A DNA stretch of 18,030 nucleotides, taken from the NCBI GenBank assembly GCA_964399335.1, contig CAYNQI010000021.1:1-18030 (forward strand), read 5' to 3'. This stretch comes from an uncultured Thermoplasmata archaeon (GTDB lineage: Archaea > Thermoplasmatota > Thermoplasmata > Halarchaeoplasmatales > Halarchaeoplasmataceae). The notes under the pieces were generated by a model. The model was given only the letters and a program-made list of their open reading frames with translations. It was not told the DNA's origin and did not search any database. Shown here one piece after another: positions 1 through 6,033 of the stretch. Position 1 is the stretch's first letter. Each line of letters opens with the position of its first letter. The position numbers and the translations under genes were made by a program.

Positions 1-337
1 CAAGTTCATCGACGGTGAGATCATTAAGGTAAGGACTGTCCGGACTGCTGCAGGAAAGTGAAGCGTTCTGACAGAACTCGCATCTGAAGTTACATCCCAC
101 CGTTCCAAAAGAAAGCACTTTCGATCTAGGTTTAAAATGATAGAGTGGTTTCTTCTCTATAGGATCGATAGCCACCGACGCTATTTTACCGTAGATCAAA
201 GAGCACAATTTACCATCTTGATTCTCTCTGACACCACATATACCTCTCTTCCCCTCTTTGATAACACAGTGATGTCCACACAAGTGGCACTGGACCGACT
301 TACCATCTCCCGTCTCCCAGAACATCGCTTCTTTCAT
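1..337 (-). CDS. amrS: AmmeMemoRadiSam system radical SAM enzyme, N-terminal 112 aa (runs off the window's left edge)
   Basis: Manual translation from ATG at 337: MKEAMFWETGDGKSVQCHLCGHHCVIKEGKRGICGVRENQDGKLCSLIYGKIASVAIDPIEKKPLYHFKPRSKVLSFGTVGCNFRCEFCQN... It has the CxxCxxxC-x9-C N-terminal cluster, the DPIEKKPLYHF family motif and the radical SAM CxxxCxxC (CNFRCEFC). Absent from the ORF track. Confidence 0.93.
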   Translation of the reverse strand, partial: MKEAMFWETGDGKSVQCHLCGHHCVIKEGKRGICGVRENQDGKLCSLIYGKIASVAIDPIEKKPLYHFKPRSKVLSFGTVGCNFRCEFCQNASLSCSSPDSPYLNDLTVDEL

Positions 338-379
338 ATCTTTAACACTTCTATCAATCTACAAATATGTTTTGGAATG

Positions 380-1336
380 TCATTTCATCAAGTCAGGTGG
401 TGGGGGAGGAGAATCCTCCATAGTTTCTTTAGCAACATCTGGTCTTCCCTTTAGATAATGGACAGTTATACAGACCCCTATAAAACTCATAGTAAATAGA
501 GTTACAATACCGGTTATGATCGGGGTTATGATCACTTCTGTCGAGAGTGAGATGATATCTCCGGTTATGAAGAAAGAAAAAATCGAAGAGATTATACTAC
601 CGGCGATGTTAACTGCGATCAAAACTCCTATCAAAGCTAGGGTAAATTTTATCGTACTGTTATCTTGTGCAAATTCTTTGCTCGAAGACAGTGAGTTCAA
701 GATGTTTTTACCTTCTATGACTATGATCGGTAAGGCAAATAGCCACCAGTAGCATAAAACAAGGCCGGGAATTATACATAATACCAGTCCAAAATTTACT
801 GCCAAAGTTATCAATATACTAGCCCCTATGATCCCCAAAGGATGTTTTTTGATGGATCCGAATCCAGTTTTATAAGTTGTCTTCCCGGTATAGTAGGCTT
901 CTTTTGCCATACCAACTATGCCCCCGATAAAGATCAATTGTATAATGGTACTCATTAGGGAAATTGGAACGAGTATCGTGATGGTACGGATCATGTGATC
1001 CATGATCACAGACAGATCGCCGACATCTTCAAAAGCTGTAGCCATCTCCATCAACATGTACTGCTGGATGAACGTTAATATGATGATGATCAGAACGGGC
1101 ACGATCCAGTAGATGAAAATCGAACCTAGATTATCCATCAAAATCTCGTAACTTTTAGAAAGTGTATCAGAGGTACTTAGTTTTCTCTTATAGTATTGAA
1201 ATCCCTGTTGAACTGTAGTTTTAGACCAGTCCATGGCTAATTTTGATCCGCAGTATGGGCAGAATTTACCCCTTTCCTCTTCGGGGATTTCAGCATCGCA
1301 GTTAGAGCATTTTACCACTTTGGCCACCTTCTTCAC
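380..1336 (-). CDS. Zinc-ribbon domain polytopic membrane protein, function unknown
   Basis: GTG start. N-terminal CSNC...CPYCG zinc ribbon, about 6 hydrophobic helices and a C-terminal SPPPPP tail. Confidence 0.8.
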   Translation of the reverse strand: MKKVAKVVKCSNCDAEIPEEERGKFCPYCGSKLAMDWSKTTVQQGFQYYKRKLSTSDTLSKSYEILMDNLGSIFIYWIVPVLIIIILTFIQQYMLMEMATAFEDVGDLSVIMDHMIRTITILVPISLMSTIIQLIFIGGIVGMAKEAYYTGKTTYKTGFGSIKKHPLGIIGASILITLAVNFGLVLCIIPGLVLCYWWLFALPIIVIEGKNILNSLSSSKEFAQDNSTIKFTLALIGVLIAVNIAGSIISSIFSFFITGDIISLSTEVIITPIITGIVTLFTMSFIGVCITVHYLKGRPDVAKETMEDSPPPPPDLMK

Positions 1337-1375
1337 TGTATTATCAAACTGATAGATAATAGTTTTGTGAATGAT

Positions 1376-2368
1376 CTAAAAAACGTTGACATCTGCCACT
1401 ACGTGAAATACGTGCGGTGCGTAGGATTTGATCTTTCTGATCTCAGTGATCTCGAAATCCTTCCCAATATTATCAGCCAGTTCTCTCTCGACCTGCTCCG
1501 GAAAATTCACATCCTCTGCCCTTGTGTGATAGTGTATAAAACCTTCACCGTCAAGAAGTTCGACCGCCTTCGGTAAAAACTTCCACGTGTCGTGCAGGTA
1601 CCCCATAACGACTCTATCTGCGATATCACTTTTGGAAAATTCTCGATTATCGCCGTTCCAAGTCTCTACGACCTCTTCAACCCCATTCAATTCTACATTT
1701 TCATTCAAATATCCGTAAGCCAATTCGTTGATCTCCAGCGAATAGATCTTCTCCGGTTTAGAGTGAACGGCCATGGGCAGTGTAAAGTAGCCTATACCTG
1801 CGAACATATCCACTATTGTTTCTCCATCCTCTGGCATTCCCGCCATTAGCACACGCTCGTCTATGTTCCCGCTGGAAAACATGAGTTCTGCCAGGTCGAG
1901 TTTGTATTTGATACCGTTCTCAAGGTGCACCGTTTCAGTCTCTTCACCATAAATAAGCTCCACTTCGGGTTCCCTCTTTGTACCGATTATACCTCCCTGG
2001 ATAAGAACGCTTTTCATACCCAATACTTCTGCATAGACTTTTCCGATATACTCTTTTTTACCATCCAATTCCCTAGGTAGCTTGATCAGTAAAACATCTC
2101 CTACCATCTCCCACCTATCCGGTAATTTTTCTTTCATATGTTCCGGGATATCGACAATATTTTGGATCTTCTGGAAGGGAGTAGGCCTGTCCATCCTTTC
2201 CTCTAAGATATCTTCCACAGTCCCTTCCTTGACAGGTATTATGAGTTCTCCATCTCTCTCCTCGATCCTCCTCCTCCCATCTAGTCTGTCTTCTTCTTTG
2301 AGTCTTTCAAAGACTTCCTGCCCTTTATCTTTCTCGACCTTGACGACCGGCCCTTTCTTCGAAGGCAT
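1376..2368 (-). CDS. taw2: tRNA wyosine-pathway aminocarboxypropyltransferase Taw2 (Met-10+/Trm5 superfamily)
   Basis: Motifs VDMFAGIGYFTLP, FSSGNIDER, ADRVVMGYL and IHYH, and a C-terminal RKIKSYAPHVFHVVAD. MGY in place of the Trm5 NLP motif points to Taw2. Confidence 0.82.
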   Translation of the reverse strand: MPSKKGPVVKVEKDKGQEVFERLKEEDRLDGRRRIEERDGELIIPVKEGTVEDILEERMDRPTPFQKIQNIVDIPEHMKEKLPDRWEMVGDVLLIKLPRELDGKKEYIGKVYAEVLGMKSVLIQGGIIGTKREPEVELIYGEETETVHLENGIKYKLDLAELMFSSGNIDERVLMAGMPEDGETIVDMFAGIGYFTLPMAVHSKPEKIYSLEINELAYGYLNENVELNGVEEVVETWNGDNREFSKSDIADRVVMGYLHDTWKFLPKAVELLDGEGFIHYHTRAEDVNFPEQVERELADNIGKDFEITEIRKIKSYAPHVFHVVADVNVF

Positions 2369-2411
2369 AGGTAAACCTTTATATCTAATCGCATAAGTAT
2401 TTTATACCCTT
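2369..2411. promoter_or_regulatory. Compact divergent archaeal promoter (taw2 / exported protein)
   Basis: On +, AAACC-TTTATAT (TATA 2378-2384) lies 27 nt before ATG 2412. On -, TATAAAAT (2399-2406) lies about 30 nt before ATG 2368. Spacing fits leaderless or near-leaderless mRNAs. Confidence 0.6.
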
Positions 2412-3233
2412 ATGAATTTAGAGGATGTAATGGATCACAAACCGTTAGTATTGTTCTCAGTGTTGTTGATATTGACCCCGATCGTTTTCTTAGGGGTAAC
2501 ATCAGCACAGGTTACTGAAGTCTCTGATCCCGGTAGAGTTAACAAGATACTCAGTGATTTTTCTACACCTATCATCCAGCCTGGGAACGAAGGCAATCTA
2601 GATTTCAATTTAACCAACCCATATGAATTCGATATGGAGGACGTAGTTCTGACCGCCGAGGTATACGCATACGCTGACTTGGATGAACAGAAGGAGATAT
2701 ATGAGGTCGACGACCCACCTGTTTTCAAACTTCAAGGTACGACTATGAGGTCATCTAGGTTGGACGCTCTCTCATCTGATCGAGTACTTCCCCAGCGCTT
2801 CAGCATACAAACATCCGATGATACGGAAAAAGGGGTGTATTTTGTCCGATTCCAGATGGAATTCGACCATTCAGAAGATGAAAACCGAAGTATCATGCGT
2901 TCTAAAGGTCACTTCACCGATTCAGAATGGGAAAACGCTACCAAAAGGCCAGGAACATCCGACGAACCCTATTATGCGGGTAGTATCAACATAACGATGT
3001 TGGGTGTGAACGGTATCTTACCGGATACAAGTTTCACCGTAAAAACACCAATCCCTCGATGGCCGCAGTACCTGTTAGGCGGTTTAGCAGCATTCTTTGG
3101 GATATTTGCTGTGATGCTTTACATGCAGGAAGAGTACAATTCATTCCCGTGGTTAGAAGATATTCTTGATCATTGGTCCGGCAAATTTAATCAGTTTAGG
3201 AGACGCCTTAAGCACAGGCTTCGCAAGCGTTGA
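2412..3233 (+). CDS. Exported protein with C-terminal membrane anchor, probable Ig-like/S-layer-like domain, function unknown
   Basis: N-terminal hydrophobic signal, beta-rich acidic middle (NLDFNLTNP, KGVYFVRFQMEF), C-terminal TM helix (YLLGGLAAFFGIFAVMLY) and a basic tail. Confidence 0.75.
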   Translation: MNLEDVMDHKPLVLFSVLLILTPIVFLGVTSAQVTEVSDPGRVNKILSDFSTPIIQPGNEGNLDFNLTNPYEFDMEDVVLTAEVYAYADLDEQKEIYEVDDPPVFKLQGTTMRSSRLDALSSDRVLPQRFSIQTSDDTEKGVYFVRFQMEFDHSEDENRSIMRSKGHFTDSEWENATKRPGTSDEPYYAGSINITMLGVNGILPDTSFTVKTPIPRWPQYLLGGLAAFFGIFAVMLYMQEEYNSFPWLEDILDHWSGKFNQFRRRLKHRLRKR

Positions 3234-4292
3234 CGGGTAATCGATATCACCGACCTCTTCAACTACTCTTTTGACTTTTTCGTTTTTCAGTGCGTTTATC
3301 ATGTCGCTCATTTCTTTATCTGTGATCCCTTTGAAGATCTTCCTCATCCACATGCCTTTAGAAATTTCGGAACCGATATCTTTCTGCCATCGTTTGTGGT
3401 ATTCCCGGAGTTTTTCTTCGGAGGTATCTTCGTTTTCCAGTGCATCGATGGCGACTTCAGCACATATATCCGCTGAAAGGAGTCCCGGAAACAAACCTCC
3501 TCCTGAAAGAGGTTTTACCTGGCAGGCGGCGTCACCGACCAACATAAGACCATCTGTAACGCTTTTTTTAATATGGCCTAAAGGTATTGTTCCTGCGGAG
3601 TACCCGATTATTTTAGTTTCATATCCCCTTTTTTTAATCAAATTTTTAAGATGTCCGTAGGCATTACCATCATTACTAGCCACACCCACCAAAGTTCCTG
3701 AAGGATGTGGTAACTCCCAACCGAAGAAATCAGGTGAAACATCCTTACCTAAAAATATGTGTATATCTTCTGATTCTCTCGCGATGATAGACTGTATTCC
3801 AACAAGCATCTCTTTTGGTCCGGGGAGTCCTGTCCTTTTACGCATAATAGAATTTGGACCATCTGCCCCGATGACTAGATCAGCATTGATTTTATTCAAT
3901 TTACCCGATTTTCTATAAGTGATCTCTCTAGTATCATCATAGGACGTGTTAACGGCTTTAGCTCCTAGGATCAATTCTGCTCCGTTATCAACTGCTTTCT
4001 CAGCCATCTCACGATCGAATCCGACTCTATCGATAACATAAGCCCTTGGTTCTGGAGCTTCTAAGATCAGTTCATTCCCATTTGGAGGAGATATCACTGC
4101 CTTATATCCTTCTTTGACCACGGAACCAGTTTTTGTCATGGAAACTACTCTCGGGCTGACAAGGCCGGCGCATCGTACAGGTTTACCGATCTCGCGATTT
4201 GCTTCTAATACGATAGTTTCGAAACCAGCTTCAGCAAGCTGTTTTGCAACTCTTGTTCCTGCGGGTCCTCCGCCTATCACTGCAACATCCAT
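3153..4292 (-). CDS. Geranylgeranyl reductase family flavoprotein (probable digeranylgeranylglycerophospholipid reductase)
   Basis: FAD-binding DVAVIGGGPAG, PVRCAG (PxxC motif), DRVGFD, LVIGADGPNS and LVGDAACQVKPLSGGG. Confidence 0.9.
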   Translation of the reverse strand: MDVAVIGGGPAGTRVAKQLAEAGFETIVLEANREIGKPVRCAGLVSPRVVSMTKTGSVVKEGYKAVISPPNGNELILEAPEPRAYVIDRVGFDREMAEKAVDNGAELILGAKAVNTSYDDTREITYRKSGKLNKINADLVIGADGPNSIMRKRTGLPGPKEMLVGIQSIIARESEDIHIFLGKDVSPDFFGWELPHPSGTLVGVASNDGNAYGHLKNLIKKRGYETKIIGYSAGTIPLGHIKKSVTDGLMLVGDAACQVKPLSGGGLFPGLLSADICAEVAIDALENEDTSEEKLREYHKRWQKDIGSEISKGMWMRKIFKGITDKEMSDMINALKNEKVKRVVEEVGDIDYPSTLAKPVLKASPKLIKFAGPMIKNIF

Positions 4293-4350
4293 GATATCTT
4301 CGGAGAATGTAGAGCGGTACTCTTTTTAATTTTATCCCTGCAAAAACCTT

Positions 4351-4374
4351 CGAAGACTTTATAAACCTTATATA
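4351..4374 (+). promoter_or_regulatory. tbp promoter candidates (BRE + TATA)
   Basis: CGAAGAC-TTTATAAA (4358-4365, a perfect palindrome so usable in both directions), followed by a second AAACC-TTATATA (4368-4374). Confidence 0.55.
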
Positions 4375-4413
4375 GCTTCGGTATTTAAACTGATTAAAGA
4401 AGAAGTGATAATT

Positions 4414-4962
4414 ATGGAAGGACTAAAGATAGAAAACGTAGTAGCATCCTCTTCTATGGAACGTAATTTAGACCTAGAAGAAGCGTCAAGAGTACTAGAT
4501 GGCTCAGAGTATGATCCAGAGAAGTTCCCCGGTCTCGTTTATAGGGTAAGTGAACCAAAGACGGCGATCTTACTTTTCACCAGTGGTAAAGTAGTATGTA
4601 CTGGAGGTAAAACTGTCGAGGAAGCCAGGACGAGTGTCAACAAAGTCAAAAAATTACTCAATAAAAAAGGTATAGAAACTGCTGAAGACATCGACGTCAC
4701 TGTACAGAACATAGTCGCATCTTACGGCTTAGGTGCTGATCTGAACCTCAACTCAGTGGCTATCACACTTGGCTTGGAGAGGGTCGAATATGAACCCGAA
4801 CAGTTCCCTGGTCTGGTTTACAGATTGAGAGATTCCGACGTCGTTCTACTGCTCTTCGGCTCAGGCAACATGGTATGTACCGGTGCCAAAGAGATACAGG
4901 ACTTGGAAGAGGCCGTTGATCATATAAAGGACGAATTGAAAGGTGCGGGATTGATCCATTAG
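4414..4962 (+). CDS. tbp: TATA-box-binding protein
   Basis: Two internal repeats (KIENVVAS...YDPEKFPGLVYR...LLFTSGKVVCTG and TVQNIVAS...YEPEQFPGLVYR...LLFGSGNMVCTG). ATG 4414 preferred over GTG 4405 because AGAAGTGAT reads as the RBS. Confidence 0.98.
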   Translation: MEGLKIENVVASSSMERNLDLEEASRVLDGSEYDPEKFPGLVYRVSEPKTAILLFTSGKVVCTGGKTVEEARTSVNKVKKLLNKKGIETAEDIDVTVQNIVASYGLGADLNLNSVAITLGLERVEYEPEQFPGLVYRLRDSDVVLLLFGSGNMVCTGAKEIQDLEEAVDHIKDELKGAGLIH

Positions 4963-5803
4963 TCGGATTCCGATATTCGATAACCATATACATCTCCAGC
5001 AACGCGGAGACAATGTAGATTCGGTTAAGAGATTTGAAAGAGTAGGAGGAACACACCTCGTCCTCTCTCATCTACCTTATCATGATTTAAGGGAGTGGGA
5101 TGTGAATGGGTACGGACCTATTTATGACCGTACCGTAGCTTTAGCTCACAGATCTATGAAGAATACCGATGTCGAAGTGTACGTGACATTGGGTCCTTAT
5201 CCCGTAGATCTAGTCAACCTTGAAAAGGAAGTGGGTTTGGAGAAGGCTAAGAAGATCCTCATAGCCGGGATGGATTTGGCTGCGGAGTACGTTCAAGAAG
5301 GAAAGGCTCTAGCACTAGGTGAGATAGGCCGGCCTCATTTTGAAGTATCTGATGATATCTTTGAAGCTTCAAACGAGATAATGAAATATGGTATGGAGCT
5401 TGCAGTCGATCTAGGATGTGCAGTTATACTTCATACTGAGAGTACGGACCCCGAAACCTGTGAAGAATTCGGTAAGATGGCAGACGAAGTGGGTTTGGAT
5501 AGAGGTAAAGTCGTTAAGCATTACAGTCCACCTCTGATAACTTTTGAAGAGAACAAAGGACTTTTTCCTTCAGTACTTGCAAGCGAGAAGAACTTGAGAG
5601 CCGCTGCTGAAAAGGGTAACCGGTTCGTGATGGAAACTGACTTTTTAGACGATCCACACAGGCCGGGAGCTGTTTTAGGTATCAAGAATGTCCCTAAAAA
5701 AACCAAGAAACTTTTGGAAGAAGGAGTTCTTACTGAAGACGATGTCTGGAAGATCCATAAAGAGAATCCTGAAGAGATCTATGGAATAGAAGTCGAGCTA
5801 TAG
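4958..5803 (+). CDS. TatD-related metal-dependent hydrolase (COG1831-like); true start upstream of the ORF-track GTG, candidate ATT at 4958
   Basis: The frame is open from 4955: ISRIPIFDNHIHL... gives the DxHxH metal motif, followed by GEIGRPH, ILHTE, VVKHY and METDFLDD. No ATG/GTG/TTG in frame before 5102. Gene call is confident; the start is uncertain. Confidence 0.88.
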   Translation: MSRIPIFDNHIHLQQRGDNVDSVKRFERVGGTHLVLSHLPYHDLREWDVNGYGPIYDRTVALAHRSMKNTDVEVYVTLGPYPVDLVNLEKEVGLEKAKKILIAGMDLAAEYVQEGKALALGEIGRPHFEVSDDIFEASNEIMKYGMELAVDLGCAVILHTESTDPETCEEFGKMADEVGLDRGKVVKHYSPPLITFEENKGLFPSVLASEKNLRAAAEKGNRFVMETDFLDDPHRPGAVLGIKNVPKKTKKLLEEGVLTEDDVWKIHKENPEEIYGIEVEL

Positions 5804-5932
5804 TTCCAGTTCTTCCTTTATCAGAAGCGCTAGTTTTTTCATGCATTTTTCGCAGATGGATTTGTCACCCACTCTTTTATACTCTTTCGTCCAGTTCCGG
5901 CAGAAATGACATCTATCGGCATCTATTGGCAT
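5798..5932 (-). CDS. 44-aa C4 zinc-finger microprotein (unannotated)
   Basis: MPIDADRCHFCRNWTKEYKRVGDKSICEKCMKKLALLIKEELEL*. CxxC-x15-CxxC, with its own BRE/TATA (AGAAAG-TTTTATAG, 5962-5969 on -) about 30 nt upstream. It fills an otherwise empty gap. Confidence 0.78.
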   Translation of the reverse strand: MPIDADRCHFCRNWTKEYKRVGDKSICEKCMKKLALLIKEELEL

Positions 5933-5954
5933 GATATCAATATCTGATAGTGTT

Positions 5955-6033
5955 TGTTTGCCTATAAAACTTTCTTATTACGATCAAATTCCCCCATCTA
6001 TTTTATAAGTACGTAGCCCTATATCTAATTCGG
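5955..6033. promoter_or_regulatory. Divergent promoter (zinc-finger gene / STAND ATPase)
   Basis: On -, TTTTATAG at 5962-5969 with an A-rich BRE. On +, TTTTATAA at 6001-6008 lies 25 nt before ATG 6034. Confidence 0.6.

Noticed and set aside
2-61. + strand fragment KFIDGEIIKVRTVRTAAGK* that looks like a gene end
   Set aside because: It lies opposite the conserved amrS coding region, so it is a shadow frame.
137-454. 105-aa + strand ORF from the track
   Set aside because: It is the antisense shadow of the amrS gene and the zinc-ribbon gene end, with no recognisable motifs.
4960-4983. Pyrrolysine readthrough of the tbp TAG adding an acidic SDSDIR tail
   Set aside because: No pyl genes in the window, and TAG is the most used stop here (8 of 18), which argues against recoding.
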